Source: Octopus sinensis
Taxonomy: Eukaryota
Assembly: GCF_006345805.1 (NCBI RefSeq)
Contig: NC_043008.1
Span: 7,440,001-7,504,000, forward strand
Direction of reading: 5' to 3'
DNA length: 64,000 nt
In this document: piece by piece, positions 37,410 through 48,996 of the stretch
How positions within the stretch are numbered: position 1 is the stretch's first letter
Layout of the letters: each line of letters opens with the position of its first letter
Program-made: the position numbers and the translations under genes
The notes under the pieces: model-generated
What the model saw: only the letters and a program-made list of their open reading frames with translations
The model's database searches: none
What the model was told of the DNA's origin: nothing

Positions 37410-38330
37410 GTAGGTTAATATAAGTCTGGTGAGTATGGCCGATGAGCAGGGTTTCGTAGCCCGATTCGTTCCAACTTCTGCAGGGTCAGTTCTGTAACTT
37501 GCGGCCTAGCGTTGACATGGAGAAGAATTGGCCCTTTTCTATTGCCCAATGCTGGCTGTTGTTGTCGGAGTTTCTTATGCATTTTATCCATTTGCTGACA
37601 GTACTTCTCCACCGTAATGGCTTCGTCTGGATCCAAAAAGCTGTGATGGATGAGACCGGCCGCAGACCACCAAACATTCACCATTACCTTCTTTTGGTGC
37701 AACCTCGGGAGGTGCCGTGGAGCATTGTTGGCGTCCAACCACTGAGCTGAGCGTCGACAGTTATCGTAAAGAATTTACATTTCATCGCAAGTCACAATCC
37801 GGCCGAGAAATGGGTCGGTCTAGTTCAATTCGTGCGCCACCCATTTCTCAAGTATTTCTTTTTTGTTTTTCCAGTTGTGCTTTGGAACAGATGCGTGTGG
37901 ATTGGCTTCCACTTATGCCCTTAGTTGATCGTTATCAACATCCGATTGTCGACCAATACGATTATCATCTTCAAGACACATTTCACCGCTACGAAATTTC
38001 TTGAACCACCATTGTGCTGCATGTTCATCAGTGGTTCCTGGGCCAAACGCATCGTTGATATCGCGAGGTGTTTCAGCAGCTTTTCGGCCTAGCTTGAACT
38101 GGAATTTGAAATATTATGCGAATTTGCTATTTGTCCATATTGTATTTAACGTTCCGGAAAAAAATGGCCTAATTATTCAAAAAGAAAAAGAGTAACATGA
38201 TTAGGTAGGGGAAAAAACAGACTTTAAAATGATATATAAAGTCAAAGTAATTTAACGAAAATCAATTTGAAAATACATCATTTAAAACCAAAATTAAAAA
38301 TTCCGCAAGAACTTTCTTGACAACCTAATA
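37410..38330 (-). mobile_element. Mariner (DD34D) element, 3'-truncated, pseudogenised transposase at 37415-38139
   Basis: MDK*QIRIIF..KLGRKAAET..QWWFKKFRSG; LHQKKVMVNVWWS..LLHVNARP..PYSPDL. One TIR, TTAGGTTGTCAAGAAAGTTCTTGCGG, ends at ~38328 with TA. Confidence 0.95.
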
Positions 38331-38839
38331 GTATACAGGCAGTACAGATACTGCCACGCTTATTGAATGTATTATAACATATTAACAAAAGATATTTGTA
38401 GGACATTCCCTTGATCATCCATCAAAAGCAAACATAGCAGGGCAGTTGTAGTTCATTTTAGAGTCAGAAGTAAAAAGCAAATATATTTTTAGAAATTCAC
38501 TGCGATTATAAATTCATATTTGTACCAATAGTTAAATGTTATATCTAGTTATGGTAGTGAATATTTAAAATCGACTCAAAAATGAGAAATCTAGAAATAA
38601 GAAATGATTTTGAAGATAAAATCATCAATATTTTTCTTTCCAGCAATAACTTTCAATCTCACCCGAGAAATGGAATCTGTAAAAATATTTGATAATTTAG
38701 TCAACAAAGCGCACTAATTCAGACACTAGCAATAGAAGCAGAGATACATATTGCACCAAACACTCATATAAAAAGGAAAAAACAAAACAAAATCAAACAA
38801 AGAGCAATACCTTTATGAAATATGACATTAGCAATAAAA

Positions 38840-39760
38840 TAAATCGATATAATAATAAAAGGATTAAAATTTATTCCAATCATCCGGCGACAAATTTGCA
38901 AGGAAATTAAAAACATTTCAAAAGTTTGTAGAAATTGCAATTCAGAGAAAAAATATTCAATCAAAACAAATATATTGAATCGCTCGGTGGGGACAAAAGG
39001 AATATTCTTCAGCTAAATTTGGGAATAAAACGCTTGAAGGTTTCTTGTGACCTGAGTTTGAATTTTCCAAATAATCTTATACATAACGAAAAATAAACTA
39101 AAAGAATTAGTGAATGGGAGAATATAAAGGAATTTATAAATCATAACGAATTGACAATCATAAAATGTGATAAAAGAAATAAAGATATTTTGTTGGATGC
39201 TAAAAATATAAAAATACTGTTTTGTCCATACAAGAAGGCAGCAGACAGAAAAAGTTCAAAAATGACAACCTATAGAAAGTGATGAAATCTCTTACAACTT
39301 TGACAGATAAATAATGCGATTAGAAAAATAAATTTGAATGTAAAACTTGGATTCATAAAAGCAAAATAATAATTGAAGTATTGAAAATAATCTAAGAAGC
39401 AAATTATTATTCTATCACTAATTGATTACAAATTAAGACCAATAATGCCTAATCAACAATTTCAAGCACACTGCAAGAGTAAGTTATTAGACGGCTTATA
39501 GAAACCATTTCTAAAGTGCACTAACTATTTATAAACACTAAAACAACATCCAACGTCTGTCAATGAACCGAAAATTAATGTAGTTAATTTTCATGTAGTA
39601 AATTTGTATATAAATATACGTTCCAACTGTAGAAGAGCGACGCTGAAATTCTGGTTGGAAAAATTTTGATAGGAATACTCAAAAAATTCCAAAGTAAGAT
39701 ATGTTAATTGGGATATTCTATGTTAGTTGTCTAATTACTACTGACAAAAATCAAAGTTCA
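38840..39760 (+). mobile_element. Penelope-like reverse transcriptase relic (N-terminal half)
   Basis: IIKGLKFIP, KKAADRKS (~KADKG), WIHKSK (~PKIHKS), KLRPIM..LLDGL*KPFL, FHVVNLYINI..LKFWLEK (~FDVVNLYTNIP..IKFWLEK). Confidence 0.85.
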
Positions 39761-39968
39761 GTGTATGCAAATGTATCTATTTTCTTCTCTATTTTAGATA
39801 TATAAATGTATATATCTTAAAATATATCTTAATATATATAATGTATATATCTTATAATTAAATTATAATGATATCATGTATGAGTGTGTGATTGCGTCTG
39901 CCTATATGCATACGTTACTTTTTTGTTATATCTATATACGTATATGTATATATACATATATATATGTG

Positions 39969-40016
<48 letters not shown>

Positions 40017-40044
40017 CATATATATATATATATATATATATATG

Positions 40045-40083
<39 letters not shown>

Positions 40084-40241
40084 TATATATTCATATACAT
40101 ATGTATGTGACTATGTATCTATATACACAATTCTGTCGAGGTTCTCATTGGCTCTCAATATTTCATGGTTGATATAGTCAGTACCAGTTACACATTGGGG
40201 GAAGATGTAGCCGACTAATACTCTCCCCTCATATATAAACG

Positions 40242-40519
40242 CAGGCGTGACTGCGTTATAAGAAGCTTGCTTCCCAACTATATACTTCCGGATTCAGTCC
40301 CAGTGCGTGACACCTTAGGCAAATGTCTGCTACTATTGTCTCGGGTAGACCAAAGCATTGAGTGGATTTGGCAGACGGAAACGGAAGGAATCCTCTTGTA
40401 TATGTTTGTGTGTCTGTGTTTAACCCCACCAACATCGCTTGACAACCGATGTTGGTTTGTTTAAGTCCTCGTATCTTAGCGGTCCGGCAAAAGGAATCGA
40501 TAGAATAACTACTAGGCTT
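40242..40519 (+). mobile_element. SINE family A, diverged and 3'-truncated
   Basis: Head and body are recognisable. Confidence 0.85.
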
Positions 40520-40674
40520 ATATATATTTTTAATTATTTATTTATGTATTTTAATACAATACTTATTTTCGCACGGGTAACGGGTATATCTTTCTGATGA
40601 CTTTTAGTATTGGTTTCCTTATATTAATAATAATAAGGACATATTATTAAAAAATATATATGTATGTATATATA

Positions 40675-40752
<78 letters not shown>

Positions 40753-40984
40753 GTGTGTGTGTATGTGTGTGTGTGTGTGTGTGTGTGTAGATGTAATATG
40801 TGACAATTATTCGGTAGCCATGATACAACTCCGAGTTTCGGAAGCCGCGGTGGAAATCCACGCTGCTATCTCTTCAGTTATCCGGCATCGGAAAAATGCT
40901 ATGAAAAATGACCGTTATACAAAGGGAAATTACTGAGATTGACCGTTTTGTTGTCTTACTGTTTTTATCAATATATATATACTT

Positions 40985-41114
40985 CATTTAACGTGAAGCT
41001 CCGAGTAACAGGTCTTGTTGAATTTCTGGTGCTTTTTAAATAAAGCATATTACTCTCCCCCTGGTATTTCAGTACTCTTTTTTTCCACCTTGTTTCACAT
41101 TTAGTGTTTACTCT

Positions 41115-41120
<6 letters not shown>
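40985..41120 (+). mobile_element. Possible further Penelope-type tail in a (TA)n tract
   Basis: Starts with AACGTGAAGCTC, like the hammerhead 3' half, has a pyrimidine-rich tail and (TA)n flanks. The 5' half is missing. Confidence 0.3.
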
Positions 41121-41182
<62 letters not shown>

Positions 41183-41578
41183 AGAAATTTGTAATATTTT
41201 TAATAAGTAATAATTAGCAAATGAGTGAAATAATTTTGGTTTCTTTGAACGTGGTTATTAGCTAATTGGATAATTGCTCACGTACGTATATTCGTATACT
41301 CACACACATGCACATAAACACACGCACACAAATATATATAAAGACATATATATATATATATACATATATACATATATACTTGTAAATTTGTGTGTTTATG
41401 TAATTATATTCCCATAAGTTTTATACGTGTATATATATATATTTTTATGTCAATACATCTCAACACTTCTAAGCAAGCTTTGCTTGTGGTCTTTCAACTG
41501 AAGTTGAGTTTATCGTACGATAGCATCTTATAAAGCTAGATTTATAAATCCCAAATTTGCAGAGGAATCTGTCATTGT

Positions 41579-41650
41579 AGCAGTTTAGCTTAATGGTAAA
41601 CCACTTGACACGTAATCACAGAGACATGAGTTTGGGTCTCATGGCTGGCC
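41579..41650 (+). pseudogene. tRNA-like relic (Thr-CGT-like pseudogene or lone SINE head)
   Basis: A-box TAGCTTAATGGT, CGT in the loop, perfect T-stem ATGAG/CTCAT. The T-loop is mutated (TTTGGGT), and the acceptor and anticodon stems are imperfect. Confidence 0.5.
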
Positions 41651-41911
41651 GCCTACAGTTTTTGTCTGCAAAATATGGATAGTTTATGCTGTTCATGCTA
41701 TATTATTTGCATTACCATGCGTCTGAGAATAAAATTTCCTTGTCTATATCTTTCAAGGCTTCGAAATAAAAAAAATCTTTTGACTTTCAAGGTAAGTTGA
41801 ATTTAATAAATATATCTCGGATGAGAATATTTCTTCCATTTAATTTTCCAAAGTTTTTTCTTATTATACTTTATTTAAGGGATCCTTTCATTTCTGTATA
41901 AATATATATAA

Positions 41912-42415
41912 ATAGAAAACATCAGCAGAATCAAGTTTTGATGCTTATATGGATTATTCATTTAATTTAACCAGACAGCTGTTTCTGACGCAAAACACCA
42001 TATTTCGGGTATACAATTGAATAATAGGTATTTTAACAAAAGTAATATGCATGGCGGTGCCCCAGCATGGCCACAGCTCGTGAGCTGAAACTAGATAAAA
42101 TAAAAAAAAAAAAAATTAAAATTATTATATTAAGTCATTAGGATCTCATCAGTGGATAATAATTAAATGTTTTAATATCTAAAATTAGCACCTTTAGTTT
42201 TAATCTTTGTGATCGTTTTAAATATTTAATTATTATCCACTGATGAGTTCCAATTTACTTAATATAATAATATTTATTACTTTGGTTGAAGTCCCTATTC
42301 TTCAATTGTTTACCAGAAATATGGTCTTTTGTGACAGAAACGGCTGTCTGGTTACATCAAATAAACAATCCATATTAGCACCAAAACCTGTTCCATTTAT
42401 TTGATGACATTTCTT
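41912..42415. mobile_element. ~500-bp foldback palindrome with a SINE tail inserted in the left arm
   Basis: 41949-42040 pairs with 42281-42372 at roughly 80% identity. CTCATCAGTGGATAATAATTAAAT is a perfect 24-bp inner stem. The family A tail lies at 42055-42110. Confidence 0.88.
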
Positions 42416-42557
42416 GAACTCCGTCTAATAAATTGAGCTCACAACCTTATGATTGTAATGCAGATTCTCTAACCACCGAGTCATGTGTATTCATCTATTT
42501 GTATTCATATATATATATATATATATTTATACTCATACACACACACATGCACAGACA

Positions 42558-42598
<41 letters not shown>

Positions 42599-42615
42599 AC
42601 ACATATATATATATA

Positions 42616-42805
42616 CATTCACTATGATAGATCACTAGCCACTACACATTCTTTATTTTCTTTCCTTGTTTCTTTCTGTGATCCTTTTTATGGAAGAGCG
42701 GAGGCTCGAAACGTTAAAGATGTTCTCACTTCCCGAGCGTTAAACCACTACATCTGTTGGTTGTCTACACCATCTACCTTTGTCTTTTTTTGTGACTTCA
42801 CCCCC
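42616..42805 (+). mobile_element. Penelope-type mini-element, subfamily 3, in a (TA)n tract
   Basis: Hammerhead-like CTTT-TTATGGA-A-GAGC-GGAG-GCTC-GAAAC-GTT-AAAG at 42684-42719. Confidence 0.7.
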
Positions 42806-43379
42806 TATATATATATATATATATATAAATACATATATATATAACCACTCACACACACCCACATAAACATATATATATATATGTATATGTGTTTGTGTGT
42901 GTCCCCAAAATAACGATCTTGTTCCTATGTTAAAAAGTAATATTCTGTCATATATTTGCATTTTTACGTGTAACCTGGTTTATGTCAGCAAGATGTAAAT
43001 CCTGGAAGTATTCCATGTCTGAATAATGTGTTTTTGTTATTAATACTATACCAATAAATGCTGACAATGTCAGTCGTCACGTTCACTTTACCCCTTTTTT
43101 GTACTTTTATGTAACCCTACGTCTCGCTGCTTTTGCATATTGAACACATACACACTCACAGATACACACATGCACACAAACACACACACGCATACACTCA
43201 CACACACACACTATATATATGTATATATATATATATATGCATATATATATATATATATCTATATATATATATATAATATATATATATATGCGTACATTTA
43301 TATATCCTTCCCTGAAATGCATATCTTGTCAAGTTCTTTGTTGTTTTTCTACAATTTCTTCTCTTGTTTATTTTTCTGC

Positions 43380-43560
43380 ATTTCTTTGTTTGGCCAATGG
43401 AGCTCTGTTCCACCGGACTGTTATTACTGTAGTTTATTGCCTGAACAAGACAGATCCGTTACTGTGATCTTTTATACCACTATTTGGTTGGTTGACTTAC
43501 TATTCTTCGGATGTATTATTAATATATTTCGCCAGACGTCCAGAATTCCTTGTATCTATG
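43380..43560 (+). pseudogene. TSP1-like pseudo-exon
   Basis: Follows a polypyrimidine tract whose AG is lost (ttttctgcat). Reads FGQWSSVPPDCYYC..QDRS..GC..RQT..IPC (~WGQWSSW..C...C..Q.R.R..C.G...PC). Confidence 0.35.
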
Positions 43561-43849
43561 CAAACTTTGTCTCAAATTATCTTGCACCAGGGACAATTCT
43601 CGTGCTAGAAACAACTATGAAGTCTGCCCTAATTACGTCCTACTCTTTTGGGAAAAGAAAGGTTGCTTTACACAAAGAAATTTTACTTCCTGTCAAAGAG
43701 AATGAATAGCCATGGCTGAAAAGATTATAAGATCAACATAATCAGATTTAAGTGGGTGCTAAACAGTAATAGCATCGCCTGGTATGAGATCATTTAATCA
43801 ACTACATACAGTAACCAAATGTATTTTAAATCATTCTGTATATCCTATG

Positions 43850-44140
43850 TGAAGGAGCATGGTTCAGTGGTTAGAGCGTCAGGCTCACAAAGACAAGGTT
43901 GCGTGTTCAATTCCCGGATGAGGCTGTGTGTTGTGTTATTGAGTAAGACTCTTTATTTCACGTTAATCCAGTTCACTCTGTAGAAATGAGTTGCGATGTC
44001 ACTAGTGCCATGCTGTATCGGCCTTTACCATTCCCTTGTATAACATCGGTGGTATGGACAGGGCAGGCGGGAATGCATTGCCCGGCCTTCGAAGATAACT
44101 TTCTAGGTGCAATCCCATGGTCATTCATGACCGAAGTGGG
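43850..44140 (+). mobile_element. tRNA-derived SINE, family C
   Basis: A-box TGGTTCAGTGGTTAGAG, B-box GTTCAATTCC, then GTGTTGTGTTATTGAG.AAG.C.CTTTA, which resembles conserved SINE central domains. Confidence 0.75.
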
Positions 44141-44389
44141 TCATTATCCACTTCTTTACTACTATATGAAATAATGTGGCCACGCCTGAAATGAATTATA
44201 TCTTAAAGACTGTATGGTCACAGCTAGTCTACATTTGATAATAGATGTGCTCAACAAGGACTGATTGGGACTAAAAGCAAAAGCATTTTAAGTTGTTGAA
44301 GTCGTTTTACATACATGTTTATTTCTTCTATCCATCTGTTCAGATCTTTGGGGATAATTCCTAATAAACTTCTGAACTCATATTCCACT

Positions 44390-44530
44390 GAAGTGGACTT
44401 TGTCTTTTGTCATTTCGTGTCAGTAATTAATTACCAGTTGAGTACCGGGATCGATGTAAACGACTTATTTCTCCCACGAAGTTTGAAACTATTACTTTTT
44501 CCCTCTTTCAATTATGTCCCTTTATTGCAG
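44390..44530 (+). mobile_element. SINE family B-related remnant
   Basis: GACTTTG..TACCAGTTGAGTAC.GGG.TCGATGTAAACGACTT. Confidence 0.55.
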
Positions 44531-44679
44531 GGTGTCTTCCCGACACGTAGGCCAACGAAACTCACTGTATATTTTGATTAGCCATTAAAATAAACACACC
44601 AGATTGTTTATTTACAAAATCAAAAAAAGTCATATGAAAATATAATAAATAATTGTACACACAGATAGAGGTATACATA

Positions 44680-44855
44680 CAGGTACACACAACAGACACG
44701 GACACACACAAACACACGCACATGCACGCTCACATGTATATACGACGGTCTTCTTTCAGTTTCCCCTCTACCAAATTGACCCACAGTGATTTGATCAGCC
44801 ACGGACAATATGTTTGTGAAGCAATCTTCATCCCACACAGCCACACAGTTGCGCA
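44680..44855 (-). mobile_element. SINE family A fragment
   Basis: CGACGG.CTTCTTTCAGTTTCC..CACACAGCCAC. Confidence 0.75.
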
Positions 44856-44910
44856 TGTATGTATGTATGTATGTATGTATGTATGTATGTATGTATGTAT
44901 GTATATATAT

Positions 44911-44973
<63 letters not shown>

Positions 44974-45099
44974 CTTATTATGGATAATTCGGTTAACCGA
45001 TACCTGGGTAGCAAATTCACGTCAGAAAAACACGGTTGAAGCTACATGCCTAGGGCAGAGATCACGTGCTATCGTGTGGAAATTTGTGTGCTTTTTTTA

Positions 45100-45272
45100 A
45101 ATACAAATAAATAAAAGAATGGAGTTGAACGACGAATTAACAAAATTCCTTTATTTTATTTTCGACATATGTTAGGAATTAGGAGTATGCAGCCTTCGAA
45201 ATATATGTCGAAAATAAAATAAAGGAATTGTGTTAATTCGTCGTTCAACTCCATTCTTTCATTTATTTATAT
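45100..45272. mobile_element. Foldback MITE-like hairpin (~65-bp arms)
   Basis: GAATGGAGTTGAACGACGAATTAAC..TTTTCGACATAT pairs almost perfectly with ATATGTCGAAAA..GTTAATTCGTCGTTCAACTCCATTC around a loop of about 30 nt. Confidence 0.9.
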
Positions 45273-46607
45273 ATATATATATAATATATATATATATATA
45301 TACAGAGAGAGAGAGAGATAAAGAGAGAAGGAAAGAAAGAGAGAAGGAGAGACAGACAGACACGGAAAGAGAGAGAGAATAGGAAGGGATTACTTACTGC
45401 CTAAGAGCAGTAATTGGTAATCCGTTGGAATCCCAAGTTCACAACAGAGGCTGGAGCTCGGTGATCCGTAGCAAACTTCTAATTATTTACTCCATAATTT
45501 TCCTTACTTCGATTCATCTTTCCATTAATTGAAATATTTCAAATGATCTGATAAGCTTTCCTGCCTTCGTTTTATTACCTTCATATATATTTTCGTAGTT
45601 TCATCTTAGATCTGTGCCCATGCTGGAGCACCACCGTTTTGCTACACTGTTTTTACTGAGAGCCTCCTCTAATATGTGGCAACTGATGAAGAATGCAGTT
45701 TGATGTAGCTACCCTTATTTGCACCTGTTGCCCTGAGGTGGGTTCATCAGGGACTCTCGAGAGGAGTCGAGAGGTTCAGCCTTGATTTAAAAATGCATAC
45801 ATCCACTTTGTGCAGTTTCCTCAGGCTCTTTGGGAGAATATTAAAAAGCTGTGGGCTTTTACATATATATACATACATGTGTATTGGAGTGTTTGTGTTC
45901 AATCCTCACGATGGAAATGGGAGTTGATAATTCTATAAATAATAGTGTACGTATCGCGTTATGAAAATGCCGGGATAGAAAAAGTCAACTTTTTCCAACA
46001 AGAGGGTGTCTCGAACCCAATATATTATTTATAGCTTTATCTCCTGCGGTTTCCAGCATTAAATCGAACTATTTTGCTTTTCTCAAACTTTAAAATTTCT
46101 GATGTCGTAAATAATATATCTTTGCGTGTGTATCTTTGTTTGCGAACAAGTTTTGTGCTTGTGTGTAATTGTGTGTGTGTGTTATTTTGGATAGAATGTG
46201 CTTTGTGGGTCGTCACCTTCCTCACTTGATAACCGAAAATCGGATCCAATTACGTCTGCTATGTATCAATCAATCCCTACATTTCAGACAGAACTTCGTG
46301 TTCGTTCGACTCAAACATACATACGAATCTTATGAGTGTTATCAATTGCAGCCAGTATACTAAACAGACAGCAGCAACTGTTATCAGTTCGAAATATTTT
46401 GTATAATATAGACAACGTAGCTTCCCTGATATCTGTACGTGAGTGATACATACATGCATACATATATACATACACGCATACATGCATACATATATACACA
46501 TACATACATACGGAAATACATACATAAATACATAAACACATACATACATGCATGTATACATATATACGTACATGTATACACACACACACACACACATATA
46601 TATATAC

Positions 46608-46799
46608 TCTTGTACTTTTTTACTTGTTTCAGTCATTTGACTGCGGCCATGCTGGAGCACCGCCTTTAGTCGAGCAAATCGACCCCTGGACTTATTCTTT
46701 GTAAGCCCAGTACTTATTCTATCGGTCTCTTTTGCCGAACCGTAAATACACCAGCATCGGTTGTCAAGCAATGCTAGGGGGACAAACACAGACACACAA

Positions 46800-46840
<41 letters not shown>

Positions 46841-46952
46841 CATACATATATACGACAGGCTTCTTTCAGTTTCCGTCTACCAAATCCACTCACAAGGCAT
46901 TGGTCGGCCCGGGGCTATAGCAGAAGACACTTACCACACAGCCACTCCTGCG

Positions 46953-46955
<3 letters not shown>
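46608..46955 (-). mobile_element. SINE family A with two internal deletions
   Basis: Shares diagnostic variants with the copies at 7168, 34108 and 63165. Confidence 0.92.
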
Positions 46956-46996
<41 letters not shown>

Positions 46997-48318
46997 TATT
47001 TTCCACTTACTGCACATACACAAATACACACACACACAGCAATGTGTTTATGTAGAAAACCGAAGAAGGATCCTTGGATCTAAGTTAGGAACCGCTTGTC
47101 TCTGCATTGGCAAGAAGTCTTGAACTAGACAGAATAACATACATACACACATACATACATACATACATACACCCGTCGTGTACTGGTCAATTTAATCCCT
47201 TTCTGATATAATTCTGTCCTTGTACATAATTTACAAAATATCATTAATAATATTATTAAAAGTTTTATCATTATTATTACATCATTATCTTTGCTAGCAT
47301 TCTTATCAATGGGGCTGGTGTTTAAATAATTAACTTCTATTATGCTAAGGAAATTAATAACTTTCACAGAGGCACACAACATCTCCGACAAACACTTCAT
47401 ATATACATACAGCTTTCATCTCTTCCGCAACTGATACATAAACACACACGTTATCTTTTTAATGTGTTTCTTCAAATCATGTTGTTTTTTCTCCATCGCT
47501 GTCTTTGTAATATTAATATATAATCGTTATTGAACATTTCAAAGAGATTAACGTTTGTTCTCTTTGACAAGTTTATTATCTATTTTGTAAATATTTTTTT
47601 TATATCTTCAATTAGAAAGTGTTTACCATCCAAAATATTGTATTAAATGAGAAGGAATTTTACTTTTTTTTATTCTTGTTTTGAAAATTAAGAAATTCGT
47701 TGTGTATCTTATAGTAGTTTCATGATTTTAAGGTAAAAAAATAAATAAAAACATATATATATTTGAATACGGGCCTAAAGATTTTATATTCAATTAAGGA
47801 GTAAAGTTTTGAAATTCATCTCACTTTGGACTACTCTCTTTCCATTTAAAAGTATATTTCTCTGATTATAATATAAAGTTAAGTGTCCTTCGTTCCAAAC
47901 AAAAATTTCGCAAGTCTTTGTATGTTTGAAGTACAACACATCTAAAATACACGCATACATACATATATACATACATACACATATATATATATATGTACAT
48001 ACACACACACACACACATATATATATATGTATGTATATGTATATGCAAGATATTTGAAAGTATATTACATCAATATCGACAATATCAATATATATATATA
48101 TGTGTATGTGTGTGTGTGTTTGTGCGTGTGTGTGTGCGCGTGTGCGTGTATGAATGAGTGGGAAAACGGAAGAAAATACACTAAGCACATTCAATAGCAG
48201 TTACATATATATATTATTGTAAAGAGTGTGATTCGGCTCTCTGCGATGTAAAGTTTCACGGGTTTCACAGAATACTGCGAAACTTTATGTCGTAGTGACC
48301 TGAATTAAACTGTTTTAC

Positions 48319-48321
<3 letters not shown>

Positions 48322-48349
<28 letters not shown>

Positions 48350-48405
48350 TATAATAATAATATAATAATAATAATAATAATAATATAATAATAATAATAA
48401 TAATA
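48322..48405. repeat. (TAA)n microsatellite
   Basis: Directly visible. Confidence 0.95.
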
Positions 48406-48590
48406 TTGATGCAGTACCAAGCAAAGGCTCCCATGGGTTTTGATCTTAACTGATTGGGAGTGTTATCATGTACATTGTTTGTCTTGGTATAAAAGATGGA
48501 CTACAGCAAATATTCAGCTCAATACCACAGATATTACGAGAAACCTCAATGAAATTGCCATAGATTGCCGCCGTGATATAACTACATATA

Positions 48591-48996
48591 AGGCAGCGAG
48601 CTGGCAGAAACGGGCGAAATTCTTAGCGGTATTTCGTTTGCCGTTACGTTGTGAGTTCAAATTCCGCCGCGGTCGACTTTGCCTTTCATGCTTTCGGGGT
48701 CGATAAATTAAGTACCAGTTACGCACTATGGTCGATGCAATCGACTTAATCCTTTTGTCTGTCCTTGTTTGTCCCCTCTGTGTTTAGCCCCTTGTGGGTA
48801 ATAAAGAAATAGAAATAGGTATTTCGTCTGCCGTTATGTTGTGAGTTCAAATTCCGCCGAGGTCGACATGTCTTTCATTCTTTCAGGGTCGATGAATTAA
48901 GTACCAGTTAGGCACTGGGGTCGATGTAATCGACTTAATCGACTTAGTCCTTGTTTGTCCTCTCTGTGTTTAGCGCCTTGCGGGTTGTAAAGAAAT
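48591..48996 (+). mobile_element. SINE family B tandem: full copy (48591-48811) plus 5'-truncated copy (48818-48996)
   Basis: The second unit starts at GGTATTTCGTCTGCCG immediately after the first tail. Confidence 0.93.

Noticed and set aside
41579-41650. Functional tRNA gene
   Set aside because: The T-loop lacks TTC, and the acceptor and anticodon stems have mismatches.
45390-45500. LTA..SSNW..HNRGWSS as a further F5/8C N-terminus
   Set aside because: Too few matching residues. Motif matching by eye in AT-rich DNA gives false hits at this level. The same applies to 6600-6740, 11150-11230, 13460-13520, 23960-24110 and 49440-49570.
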